Of a stretch of DNA of 64,000 bases, positions 19,814-31,144 are shown piece by piece. Every line of letters starts with the position of its first letter. Within the stretch, counting starts at the first letter, position 1. The position numbers and the translations under genes are program-made. The notes under the pieces were generated by a model. It had not been told where the DNA came from. It made no database searches and saw only the letters and a list, made by a program, of their open reading frames with translations. Source of the stretch: Candidatus Eiseniibacteriota bacterium (GTDB taxonomy: Bacteria > Eisenbacteria > RBG-16-71-46). The DNA lies in NCBI GenBank assembly GCA_963776245.1, contig CAVZLN010000004.1:64001-128000 (forward strand), written 5' to 3'.

Positions 19814-20516
19814 CGCGGCGCCCTCGTTCCTGTACCTGCCGTCGCTGGGCGAGGCGGGGGCCGAGATCGCGCTGCCCGACGACGAGGCTCACTACGTGAC
19901 GCGGGTGTGCCGGGCACGCGCGGGGGAGCGGCTGCAGGCCACCGACGGGCGCGGTGCGCTCGCCGCGCTCACCCTGCTCGCGGTCCACGGCACGGTCACC
20001 GTGCGGGTCGAGTCGATCGATCGACGCTCGCCGCGGCGAAGCGCGCGGGTGCTGTGCGGGGTCCCGGAGGGCCAGCGCGCGGACTGGCTGGTGGAGAAGC
20101 TGGCGGAACTCGGGATCGAGCGCCTCGTGCTGGTGGACTGCGCGCGCGGGAGCTGGCCCGAGGCGGCGCCGCGGCTCGAGCGCCTGCGCCGGGTCGCGGT
20201 GGCGGCGCTCCGCCAGTCGCGACGCCGCTGGTTGATGGACACCGTGGCGCCGGTCCCGCTGGACGAGGCCATCGCCTCGGTCCCGCCCGAGGCCACCCGA
20301 TGGCTGGCGGCGGAGTCCGGAACCGTCCCCCCGCGGGCCGCATCCGAGGGGCTGGCGGTCGGAGCGATCGGCCCTGCCGCCGGTTTCGACCCCGCCGAAA
20401 CGGATGCGTTCGCGCTCGCGGGGTTCGCACCCATCGCCTTGGCGGACGGCCGGTTGCGGTGCGAGACGGCGGCCGTGGCGTGGGCCGGCTGGTGGGCAGC
20501 GGGAGGGGTGGGCTGA
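19797..20516 (+). CDS. rsmE: 16S rRNA m3U1498 methyltransferase RsmE (divergent)
   Basis: EAHYVTRVCR...GE, DWLVEKLAELG, AALRQSRR, IGPAAGF, RLRCETA; downstream of dnaJ. Confidence 0.85.
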   Translation: MPSRADAAPSFLYLPSLGEAGAEIALPDDEAHYVTRVCRARAGERLQATDGRGALAALTLLAVHGTVTVRVESIDRRSPRRSARVLCGVPEGQRADWLVEKLAELGIERLVLVDCARGSWPEAAPRLERLRRVAVAALRQSRRRWLMDTVAPVPLDEAIASVPPEATRWLAAESGTVPPRAASEGLAVGAIGPAAGFDPAETDAFALAGFAPIALADGRLRCETAAVAWAGWWAAGGVG

Positions 20517-20549
20517 CCACCTTCAGTGGACTTCCTGAGGCATCGAGCC

Positions 20550-20578
20550 TTGACGCATTCCCATCCCGGCCATACACT
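20550..20578 (+). promoter_or_regulatory. sigma70 promoter of the rpsU operon
   Basis: TTGACG-N17-TACACT. Confidence 0.7.
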
Positions 20579-20678
20579 GCGATTGCCAACTTCGCGCCCA
20601 GCCACGCGCTAGGGCGTGCACGGGTATCACCAACCACTTCTTTTCGAAGATCTGGATCAGGCAGAGAGGGGTGATTCA

Positions 20679-20873
20679 TTGCCCGGTATCAGGGTGAAGG
20701 ATGGCGAGTCCTTCGAAAGCGCCCTGCGTCGCTTCAAGAAGAAGTGCGAGAAGGCTGGCATCATGGCCGACCTCCGCCGCCATCAGCATTTCGAGAAGCC
20801 GTCCGAGAGGCGGAAGCGCAAGCTCAACGCGGCCAAGCGCAAGAACATGGCGAAGCGACAGCAGGAGAACTGA
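20679..20873 (+). CDS. rpsU: 30S ribosomal protein S21
   Basis: TTG start after [54 protein letters not shown]. Confidence 0.96.
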   Translation: MPGIRVKDGESFESALRRFKKKCEKAGIMADLRRHQHFEKPSERRKRKLNAAKRKNMAKRQQEN

Positions 20874-21451
20874 CCGAACTGGACTCGCTGCGCGGTCTCA
20901 CCGGGCTGGACTGGATCCTCTCGCTCGCCGTCATCGTCTTCGCGGTGCGTGGCGCGGTTCGGGGCGCCGTCAGGCAGGTGTTCGGACTTCTCGGCGTGCT
21001 CGCAGGTCTCTGGGCCGCCGGATGGGTGTCACAGTGGGTCGGTGCGCATTGGCAACACGCCCGGCCCGCTGTGGTCTTTTGGGTCCTGAGCTGGCTCGTC
21101 GTGGGACTGTCGGCGCTCGCGTGCGCGAGCCTTTTCGAGTGGAGCGGCGGCCGGCTGGCCGGGGGCGGGAAGTCAAGACCCCACGGCCTGCTCGACCGGT
21201 TGGCGGGCATGGCGATCGGGGTGGCGCTGGGACTGGTCGTCGTCTCGCTCGCGGTGCTCACCCTTTCGTCCCTGTCGTGGCCGCGCGAGCCGCGGGCCTG
21301 GATGAGATCGAGCCGTGGCGCGCAGGCGCTGGTGCACGGCGGCGCGATCGTGAGCGGATGGGCAGCGCCGGTGCTGCCACGCGGACGCTGGCTGAGCGAG
21401 CGTTTCCTCGAGTCGGGGAGGCGCCGCCCGCGCCACGCGCACGCCTCGTGA
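20870..21451 (+). CDS. cvpA: CvpA (colicin V production) family membrane protein; probable CTG start
   Basis: LDWIL...[30 protein letters not shown]; typical position upstream of mutS2. Confidence 0.75.
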   Translation: MTELDSLRGLTGLDWILSLAVIVFAVRGAVRGAVRQVFGLLGVLAGLWAAGWVSQWVGAHWQHARPAVVFWVLSWLVVGLSALACASLFEWSGGRLAGGGKSRPHGLLDRLAGMAIGVALGLVVVSLAVLTLSSLSWPREPRAWMRSSRGAQALVHGGAIVSGWAAPVLPRGRWLSERFLESGRRRPRHAHAS

Positions 21452-21485
21452 CGCGCGCCCCGGCGGGGGGCGGGTCGGGAGCGGC

Positions 21486-23837
21486 TTGGACGATCACTCA
21501 CTGACATTGCTGGAGTTCGACCGCGTGACCGCGGCCGTCGCCGCCCTGGCCGAGAGCGAGGGCGGGCGCGCAGCGCTGCTCGCCTGGCGTCCGCTCGCGG
21601 ACGCGTCGGAGCGCGCGGAGCAGTGCGCCCGCCTGCACGAGGCACTGCGGCGGCAGTCGGAGCCCGGCGCCTGGTGCGAGGTGGGCCGGGGGGCGATCGC
21701 GCCCCGGCTCGACCCGGAGCACGGCGTGCTGGCCGAGGGCGCCGCGCTGGTCGAGATCGCGAGCTGGCTCGAGGCCGCGCGCGAGGTGCGCGAGGCGTGG
21801 GCGAGCGATGACCTGCGGGCGCGCTTCCCGGCGCTCGCCGCGGTGGTCGATGCGCTGCCGGAGCTCGAGGCCCTGCGGGCCGAGCTGGCGCGCTCCCTCG
21901 ATCCGGACGGCCGCGTGAGCGACGCCGCGTCGCCGCGCCTCGCGCGCGCGCGGCGGGCGCTCGAGGACGGCGAGCGCGACCTCCAGCATCGCCTCGAGCG
22001 CTGGGCGCGCGCCTTCGGAGAGCAGACCTACGTCACGCGTCACGGCGAACGCTTCGTGGCGCTGGTGCCGGCGGCCGGCTTCCCGCGGCGCCGCGGTCTG
22101 GTGCATGACGTCTCGGGCAGCGGGCAGTCGCTGTTCGTGGAGCCGCTCGAGCTGTGCGAGGCCAACAACCACCTCATCGAGATGCGGGCCACCGCGGTCG
22201 ATGAGGAGCGCCGGGTGCTGCAGGCGCTCGCCGATGCGGTGCGCGCACGCGCCCCGGAGCTCGAGGCGCTCGAGCGCTCGCTGGTGGCCCTCGACACGCT
22301 GCGCGCGCGCGCGCGCTGGGCGGGCGAGGTGGGCGGGGTGGCCGTGCTGCCCGGGGGCCGGCGGCTGGCGCTGCGCGCGGCCCGGCACCCGCTGCTCGCC
22401 ATGGGCGCGCGGCGCGACGCGGTGGTGCCGCTCGATCTCGAGCTCGACGCCGGCTCCCGCCTGCTGCTGTTGAGCGGCCCGAACATGGGCGGCAAGACCG
22501 TGCTGCTCAAGACCGTCGGCCTGGCGGTGGCGCTCGCGCACGCGGCCTTGCCGGTGCCGGCGGGCGAGGGCAGCGCGGTGCCCGAGATCGACATCGTGCG
22601 AGTGGACCTCGGCGACGAGCAGTCGGTGGACCTTGGGCTCTCCACCTTCGCGGCCCACCTGCGCGCGCTGGCGGCGATGGCGGCGGACGCCGGCCCGCGG
22701 ACGCTGGTGCTGTGCGACGAGCTCGGCGCGGGCACCGATCCGGAGGCGGGCGCGGCGCTCGGCCGGGCGCTGGTCGAGCACTTCAGCGCGCGGGGCGCGT
22801 GGGGCGTGATGACGACCCACCTCGGCAGTCTGAAGCGGCTGGCGGGCGAGGTGGACGGCGTCGTGAACGGGTCGCTGGAGTTCGACGAGCAGAGGATGGT
22901 GTCGCGCTACCGGTTCGTGCCCGGGGTGCCCGGCGCCTCGTACGCGCTTTCGGTGGCCGAGGCGCTCGGCTTCCCGGGCGCGGTGCTCGAGCGCGCGCGT
23001 TCGATCACGCCCGAGGAGTCGCGGGCGCTCGAACGCCTGCTCGCCGACGTTGCGGCGGCGCGTCGGCGGGCCGACGAGGAAGCGGAGGCATTGCGCGCCG
23101 CGCGGGCCCTGGCGGACGCCGCCACGGCCGCGGCGCAGGCGGCCGCCGCCGAGACGCGCGACGCCCTCCGGAACCTGCGCCGCCGCCTCACGGCCGAGAG
23201 CGCCGCGGTGCTCGCGCAGGCGCGCGAGCTGTGGCAGACGGTGCAGCGCGAGGCGCGCCGCGCCGAGAAGACCCGCGCGGGCGCGGAGGACATCCGGCGC
23301 ACCCTCGAGTCCGTGGAGCAGGGCGTCGAGGCGCTCGACCGCGCGGTGGCCGCGGCCGCGCCGGCGGAGGAGCCGGCGGCGGCGGCGCATGTCGAACCGG
23401 GCCAGCGGGTGCGCGTCGCCGACCTCGGCATCGAGGCCGATGTGGTGAGCGGTCCGGACGCCGAGGGGCGCATCCTGCTCCGGCGGGGCGGCTGGACCAT
23501 CCACAGCCAGGTCGGTCAGGTGGTGCCGCTCGGCGCGTCGCCGGCGGTGCACGCGACCGTCCACGTGAGCGCGTGGTCGGCCCCCGATGACGCGGCGCCG
23601 CTCGAGGTGGACCTGCGCGGGATGGAAGCCGACGAGGCGCTGGGCGCGGTCGACGTCGGGCTCGACCGCGCGGTGATGGTCGGGCTCTCCGAGCTGCGCA
23701 TCATCCACGGCGTCGGGCGCGGCGTGCTGCGCGCGGCGGTCGAGCGGCACCTGCGCGCGCATCCGCAGGTGGCGTCCCAGCGTCTCGGCCAGGTGGGCGA
23801 GGGAGGGCGCGGCGTGACCGTCGCGCGGCTGCGATGA
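21486..23837 (+). CDS. mutS2: Endonuclease MutS2 (Smr domain)
   Basis: LEF..V, HDVSGSGQSLFVEP, ARHPLL, SGPNMGGKTVLLKT, GDEQS...LSTFAAH, DELGAGTDP, TTH, DLRG, IIHGVGRG.LR, EGGRGVT. Confidence 0.95.
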   Translation: MDDHSLTLLEFDRVTAAVAALAESEGGRAALLAWRPLADASERAEQCARLHEALRRQSEPGAWCEVGRGAIAPRLDPEHGVLAEGAALVEIASWLEAAREVREAWASDDLRARFPALAAVVDALPELEALRAELARSLDPDGRVSDAASPRLARARRALEDGERDLQHRLERWARAFGEQTYVTRHGERFVALVPAAGFPRRRGLVHDVSGSGQSLFVEPLELCEANNHLIEMRATAVDEERRVLQALADAVRARAPELEALERSLVALDTLRARARWAGEVGGVAVLPGGRRLALRAARHPLLAMGARRDAVVPLDLELDAGSRLLLLSGPNMGGKTVLLKTVGLAVALAHAALPVPAGEGSAVPEIDIVRVDLGDEQSVDLGLSTFAAHLRALAAMAADAGPRTLVLCDELGAGTDPEAGAALGRALVEHFSARGAWGVMTTHLGSLKRLAGEVDGVVNGSLEFDEQRMVSRYRFVPGVPGASYALSVAEALGFPGAVLERARSITPEESRALERLLADVAAARRRADEEAEALRAARALADAATAAAQAAAAETRDALRNLRRRLTAESAAVLAQARELWQTVQREARRAEKTRAGAEDIRRTLESVEQGVEALDRAVAAAAPAEEPAAAAHVEPGQRVRVADLGIEADVVSGPDAEGRILLRRGGWTIHSQVGQVVPLGASPAVHATVHVSAWSAPDDAAPLEVDLRGMEADEALGAVDVGLDRAVMVGLSELRIIHGVGRGVLRAAVERHLRAHPQVASQRLGQVGEGGRGVTVARLR

Positions 23838-25587
23838 ACGGCGTGCTGCCGCGCGCCGGCGTGCCTCGTCACGAACCGGACGACTGGGTCGAGCGCGTGC
23901 GCTCGGCGAGCGACATCGTCGAGGTGGTGGGTGAGACCGTCCCGCTCAAGCGGGTGGGAAGGAACTGGACCGGGTTGTGCCCGTTCCACAAGGAGAAGAC
24001 GCCGTCGTTCTCGGTGAACGCCGAGCGCCAGTTCTACCACTGCTTCTCGTGCAAGGTCGGAGGCGACGTCTTCAAGTTCGTGCAGGAGACGCAGCACGTC
24101 GGCTTCCTCGAGGCGGTCGAGCTGCTGAGCCGCCGCGCGCAGATCCCGGTGCCCGAGCGGGGCGCGCCGGGGGAACGCGGGGCGCGGGCGCGGGTGCTCG
24201 AGGCGCTCGACCAGGCCGCGGCGGCGTACGAGCGCTGGCTGGCCGACCCGGGTGCCGGGGCGTCGGCGCGGGCGTATCTCGCGCGGCGCGGGCTCGCGCC
24301 CGAGACCATCCGGGAGTTCCGTCTCGGGGTCGCCCCGCCGGGGTGGGAGAACCTCGCGCAGCGTCTCGCGCGGTTCGGCGAGGGGACGCTGCTGGAGGCG
24401 GGGCTGGTGTCGCGCCGCGACCGCGGAGGGGTGTACGACCGCTTCCGGGACCGCCTGATGGTGCCGCTCGTGGCGCCCGGCGGGGCGGTGCTCGGATTCG
24501 GCGCGCGCGCGCTGGCGCCGGACGACGAGCCCAAGTACCTGAACTCGCCCGAGAGCGTGGTGTATCACAAGGGCTCGTTCCTGTTCGCGCTCGAGCAGGC
24601 GCGCCGCAAGGCCGAGGCGGGCGGCGAGATGATCGTGGTGGAAGGCTACTTCGATGCGATCGCGCTCCACCAGGCGGGGCTCGGGCACACGGTCGCGACC
24701 TCGGGCACCGCGTTCACGCCCGAGCAGGCGCGCCTGCTGCGCCGCCTGGTGTCGCGCGTCGCGGTGGCGTACGACGGCGACGCGGCGGGGCAGAACGCGA
24801 TGATGCGTTCGCTCGGCACGCTGCTGGCCGAGGGGCTCGACGTGGTGGTGGTGGACCTGCCGCAGGGCGACGACCCCGACACCCTCGTGAAGCGCGGCGG
24901 CGCCACGGCGTGGCACGATGCGCGGAGACGGGCGGCGGACCCGGTGGAGTTCGTGCAGCGTCACGTGCTCCCGGGCGCGGGCGCGGGCGATCCGCGCGAG
25001 CGCGCGCTCCAGGCGGTGGTGGCGCTCGGAGCCGGCATCCCGGATCCGGTGCGACTGCGCCTGCTGCTGGAGCGCGCCAGCGAGGTACTGGCGTTCCCCG
25101 AGGCCGTGCTCGCGCGCGCGGTCGCGCTGCGTCGGCGCGGCGCGGCCTCCCCGGCGCCGGTGCGCGCGGCGGTGCGCGAACAGCGGCAGGGTGACCGGCA
25201 TGCCGAGGCGCAGTTGCTGAGGGCGCTGCTGCTCGCGCCGCAGGCGCTCGCGGAGGCCCGCGACGCGCTCACGCCCGGGGACTTCCGTGACCCGGCCTGC
25301 GCGGCGCTGGCCGCCTGGCTGTGGGAGGGCCGCGGCGGCCTCCCGGACGACGACGACGCGGCGGTCCTGATGCGGGAACTGTCCGTGGTCGACGAGGTGA
25401 AGGACTGGTCGGCGGAGGCGGCGGGGGCGGTGCGCATCCTGCGGAGCCGGAGGCTCAAGGAGCGCATGCGGTCCCTCACCCAGACCCTGAAGCACGCCAC
25501 CGACGACGAGCAACGGGACATCCAGCGCGAGATCCACGAGATCGCGGAAGCGCTCATGAAGGCGAACACTCGAGAGGAGCGGATTTG

Positions 25588-25588
<1 letters not shown>
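23834..25588 (+). CDS. dnaG: DNA primase
   Basis: [49 protein letters not shown]. Confidence 0.97.
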
Positions 25589-27390
<1,802 letters not shown>

Positions 27391-27412
27391 GGGGGTCGCC
27401 CGGCACGGCACC

Positions 27413-27475
27413 CCGCGGACACGGACCCGGAGCGATGCGTGTGGGTATCGCATCGCGGAGGGTCCGCGTCCGCGG
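27413..27475 (+). other. Long stem-loop downstream of rpoD (terminator or structured RNA)
   Basis: CCGCGGAC/GTCCGCGG, CGGACCC/GGGTCCG and GCGATGCG/CGCATCGC stems separated by A/C and GGA/GGA internal loops. Confidence 0.6.
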
Positions 27476-27526
27476 CGCGCCCCGCCGCGCCGCAATGGCT
27501 CCGGGCCCCGCGAGCGGTCGCGTGTC

Positions 27527-27556
27527 TTGACACCGTCGCGAGCACGGTGTTAGAAA
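27527..27556 (+). promoter_or_regulatory. Promoter of the tRNA-Ile2/Val operon
   Basis: TTGACA-N18-TAGAAA with extended -10 (TGTTAGAAAC). Confidence 0.6.
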
Positions 27557-27595
27557 CATCCGGCTTCCGGCAGCGTTTCATGCGCTTCTCACGCT

Positions 27596-27669
27596 GGGCC
27601 CATAGCTCAGCGGTCCAGAGCCGCCGGCTCATAACCGGTAAGACCCTGGTTCGAATCCAGGTGGGCCCA
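27596..27669 (+). tRNA. tRNA(CAT), probably tRNA-Ile2 (lysidine-modified); CCA not encoded
   Basis: GGGCCCA/TGGGCCC acceptor (paired 1-72, so not initiator), GCCGG-CTCATAA-CCGGT arm, GGTTCGAATCC; location after rpoD is common for this tRNA. Confidence 0.85.
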
Positions 27670-27709
27670 TGAATCGCGCGGGCGTGACGCGCCCGAGCCG
27701 GGTACCCGA

Positions 27710-27785
27710 GGGCGGGTAGCTCAGCTGGCAGAGCACCTGGATCACAACCAGGGGGTCACAGGTTCAAGTCCTGTTCCGCCCACCA
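27710..27785 (+). tRNA. tRNA-Val(CAC)
   Basis: GGGCGGG/TCCGCCC acceptor, CCTGG-ATCACAA-CCAGG arm, GGTTCAAGTCC, encoded CCA. Confidence 0.92.
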
Positions 27786-27934
27786 TCTTTCCCCGCGCCG
27801 GTGCGCGCTTCGCGCCGCCGGCGTCGACCGGAGACCGAACGTGGCCCGTCCGCACCGCACGCCCACGCCGTGGCCCGCGCGCGACCCGCGCCGGCCCGCC
27901 GCGCGTCGCGCGCCGCGCCGCGCACGCCCCATCC

Positions 27935-27962
27935 ACGGGGACGCCCTTCCGGGCGTCCCCGT
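27935..27962 (+). terminator. Perfect 12-bp hairpin after the tRNA pair
   Basis: ACGGGGACGCCC-TTCC-GGGCGTCCCCGT; no long U-tract. Confidence 0.45.
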
Positions 27963-27983
27963 TCGCATGTGCGGGAGGACGCG

Positions 27984-28697
27984 ATGAGCGAGGAGATCGA
28001 TCATCTGTGGGCCCTGCACGGACTCGATGAGCAGGCGGTCGGGCTGCGGGCGGAGCTCGGGCGCTTCCCGGCGGAGCGCGCGGCGGCCGAGCAGCGGCTG
28101 AGCGCGGAGCGCTCGCGGGTGGATTCGCTGAAGGCGCGCGGCGCCGAGGTGTTGAAGGCGCGGCGCACGCTCGAGAAGGAGATCGAAGCGCTCGCCGACC
28201 AGGAGCGGAAGTTCCTCGGCCAGCAGGGCATGGTGAAGACCAACGCCGAGTTCCAGGCGCTCACCCACGAGATCGCGCGGACGCGGCAGAAGCGCTCCGA
28301 CGTCGAGACCGACGTCCTGCTCAAGATGGAGGAGGAGGAACGCGTCGCGACCGAGAAGCCGGCGGCCGAGTCCGCGCTCCGGGACGCGGAGCAGCGGGTG
28401 GCCGCGCGCGTGGCGGCGATCGAAGGCGAGGAGTCGGCGCTGCGGGAGCGGCTGGCGGCGATCGACGCCGAACGCGCCGCGCACCTCGAGCCGCTGGGGG
28501 CGCAGACGCGCGCCCGCTACGAGCGCATCCACCTGATGCGCGAGGGGCGCGCGGTGGTGGCGATCCGCGACGGGTCGTGCGGCGGGTGCTTCCGCCGCCA
28601 GCCGCCGCAGTCCCTGCTCGATGCCAAGCGCCGCGAGCGGGCGCTGCCGTGCGACGGCTGCGGGCGCCTGCTGGTCTGGCCGCCCGACGCGGTGTGA
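27984..28697 (+). CDS. Coiled-coil C4 zinc-ribbon protein (zf-RING_7/CT398/DUF164 family)
   Basis: Long coiled coil, 'VKTNAEFQALTHEI', 'RYERI..R.GRAVV', CGGC...CDGCGRLL; SD GGGAGG. Confidence 0.88.
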   Translation: MSEEIDHLWALHGLDEQAVGLRAELGRFPAERAAAEQRLSAERSRVDSLKARGAEVLKARRTLEKEIEALADQERKFLGQQGMVKTNAEFQALTHEIARTRQKRSDVETDVLLKMEEEERVATEKPAAESALRDAEQRVAARVAAIEGEESALRERLAAIDAERAAHLEPLGAQTRARYERIHLMREGRAVVAIRDGSCGGCFRRQPPQSLLDAKRRERALPCDGCGRLLVWPPDAV

Positions 28698-28710
28698 CAC
28701 GGAGCCCGCG

Positions 28711-30126
28711 GTGGACGCGGCGCCGCGGCGCCTGAGACCCGGCTGGCCATTCCGCCGCCCCGCGCTCGTCCTGTCGGGCGGCGGCGCGCTCGGCGCCTAC
28801 GAGATCGGCGTGTTCCGCGCCCTCGAGACGGCGGGGCTCCGCCCGCGGATCGTGGTCGGCGTCTCGGTCGGCGCGATCAATGCGGTGGCATGGCTCGCGC
28901 ACGACTTCCGCACCGAGGGCCTCGCGCGGGTGTGGCGCACCTTGCGACCCGCCAGCATCGGCATGCGCTGGACCACGCTGCTGCTGCGCCTCGGCGGCCT
29001 GATCGTGGCCGCCGTCGCGGCGCTCGAGGTGATCCTGGCGCTCGCCGGGATCCCGGAGCTCGGCCTCGCCGGGCTGTACCACCGTCCGGTGCTCGGCCAC
29101 GAGATGCGCTCCATCTATCTCGAGACCCTGGCCTGGCAGCTCACCGCGGTGCTCGCGCTCGGCGTGGTGGTGCTCTCGCGACGGCTCGAGGATCTGCTGG
29201 CGCGCCTCGCGCACTCGCACGACCCCGCGGCGGCCCATCGCTGGTTCGGGCGCGCCCTGATCGCCCTCGCATTGGCGTACGTCGCGGCGATCGGAGCGGG
29301 CGTGCCATGGCCGAGCCGCTTCCATCTCGTGCTGCTGCTGGGCGGGACCGCGATGTGGTTCCTCAACCGGCCCGGCGCCTCGGGCGACCGGGTGCGGAGT
29401 CTCCTGCTCGGGGTGCTGCCCGAGACCGGCGGCCGCGGTCTGTGGCGCGGCAGCGCGCGACGGCGCCTGCTCGACCGGCTGGTGGCCGAGGGGGACGCCG
29501 GGCGGCTGGTGGCGGAGGACACCCATCTCGTGATCACCGCGTGCGAGGTGGACACCGGTCGCGTGGCGTACTTCGTGAATGGCGTCGAACCGTCGGCGGA
29601 TTTCCGCGCGAAGATGGAGGCGACGCTCGGCGAGGTGATCGTGCTGCGCACGCCGGAGGAGGTGGTGGAGGCCGCGGTGGCCTCCTCGGCGATCCCGGTG
29701 GTGTTCGAGCCGGCGCGTCTCCACGGGCGCAAGTTCGTGGATCCCGGCTTCTTCTCCAACCAGCCCCTGCACGCCGCGCTGGCGGCGGGAGCCGACGCGC
29801 TCCTGCTGGTGCTGGTCTCGCCCAGCACGGGGCCGGCGACGGTGGGCCGGGATCCCGACATCCTCGAGGTCGGCGCCCGCCTGCTCACCGTCGCGAACTG
29901 GCGCGATCTGCAGACCGAGCTGCGCCAGCTGCCGCCGTCGTGGAGCGCGGCGGCGGACCCCTCCCCGATGTGCCGGGTGGAGCCGGGCGCCCCGTTGCCG
30001 GGCTCGCAACTGGGATTCGATCCGGAAACCGCCGAGGAGCTCATGCGGCGGGGCGAGACCGACGCCTGGTCGGCACTCGAGCGCGCGGGCTGGGTGGTTC
30101 CGGCCGCGCCGGGCGCCGCGCCTTGA
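28711..30126 (+). CDS. Patatin-like phospholipase with an inserted transmembrane region
   Basis: LVLSGGGALGAYEIGV, GVSVGAINA nucleophile elbow, ASSAIPVVF, FVDPG; hydrophobic helices between the catalytic Ser and Asp. Confidence 0.85.
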   Translation: MDAAPRRLRPGWPFRRPALVLSGGGALGAYEIGVFRALETAGLRPRIVVGVSVGAINAVAWLAHDFRTEGLARVWRTLRPASIGMRWTTLLLRLGGLIVAAVAALEVILALAGIPELGLAGLYHRPVLGHEMRSIYLETLAWQLTAVLALGVVVLSRRLEDLLARLAHSHDPAAAHRWFGRALIALALAYVAAIGAGVPWPSRFHLVLLLGGTAMWFLNRPGASGDRVRSLLLGVLPETGGRGLWRGSARRRLLDRLVAEGDAGRLVAEDTHLVITACEVDTGRVAYFVNGVEPSADFRAKMEATLGEVIVLRTPEEVVEAAVASSAIPVVFEPARLHGRKFVDPGFFSNQPLHAALAAGADALLLVLVSPSTGPATVGRDPDILEVGARLLTVANWRDLQTELRQLPPSWSAAADPSPMCRVEPGAPLPGSQLGFDPETAEELMRRGETDAWSALERAGWVVPAAPGAAP

Positions 30127-30151
30127 GGCCGCTGCGCCCATCCACTATGGT
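30123..30151 (+). promoter_or_regulatory. Promoter for rnhA(-rnpB), probably leaderless
   Basis: TTGAGG-N17-TATGGT, 6 nt before ATG 30158; no SD. Confidence 0.55.
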
Positions 30152-30157
30152 GCGGAC

Positions 30158-30579
30158 ATGAGCGCTCCGGCATCCCGGGAATGGACTCTGCGCTGCGACG
30201 GCGGCTCACGCGGGAACCCGGGCCCGGGCGCGCTCGGGTTCGTGCTCGCCGATCCCGCGGGCGCCGAGATCGAAGCGCGCGGGGAGTACCTCGGGCAGGT
30301 GACCAACAACGTCGCCGAGTACCGGTCACTGATCGCGGGGCTCTCGGCGGCGGTGCGCCATGGCGCCCAGCCGCTGTGCGTGGCGATGGACTCCGAGCTG
30401 GTGGTGCGCCAGATGACGGGGCGGTATCGCGTCAAGAACGCCGGTCTCAAGCCGCTCCACGAGCAGGCGAAGGAGGTGTTGAAGCAACTCGGCCGGGTGC
30501 GCTGGACCAGCGTGCCGCGCGAGGACAATGGTCGCGCGGACGCGCTGGTGAACGAGGCGCTCGATCGGGCGGGAAGTAC

Positions 30580-30595
<16 letters not shown>
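30158..30595 (+). CDS. rnhA: Ribonuclease HI (RNase_HI archaea/actinobacteria-like)
   Basis: CDGGSRGNPGP, TNNVAEY..LI.GL, MDSELVVRQM.GRYRVK, VPREDN.RADALVNEALD. Confidence 0.9.
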
Positions 30596-30980
<385 letters not shown>

Positions 30981-30992
30981 AGTCATGGCACC

Positions 30993-31019
30993 GGCCCGGC
31001 GGACTGCGTCCGCCGGGCC
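30993..31019 (+). terminator. Perfect 12-bp hairpin after rnpB
   Basis: GGCCCGGCGGAC-TGC-GTCCGCCGGGCC. Confidence 0.6.
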
Positions 31020-31041
31020 TCGTGCGTGCGCCGCGCAGGGC

Positions 31042-31071
31042 TTGACCCTGCCGGAAAGCGGCTGCTAGCGT
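31042..31071 (+). promoter_or_regulatory. Promoter of recJ-rel-dtd-maf
   Basis: TTGACC-N18-TAGCGT. Confidence 0.55.
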
Positions 31072-31144
31072 GCGGTCCATCCCGGCCGGCGCGTGCTGGC
31101 ACACCGGTTCCCGGGCCTCCATCCGCCCCCACCACGGACCTTCC

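Noticed and set aside
27596..27669. tRNA(CAT) as initiator tRNA-fMet
   Set aside because: It has a paired G1-C72 and lacks the three consecutive G-C pairs (GGG/CCC) in the anticodon stem.
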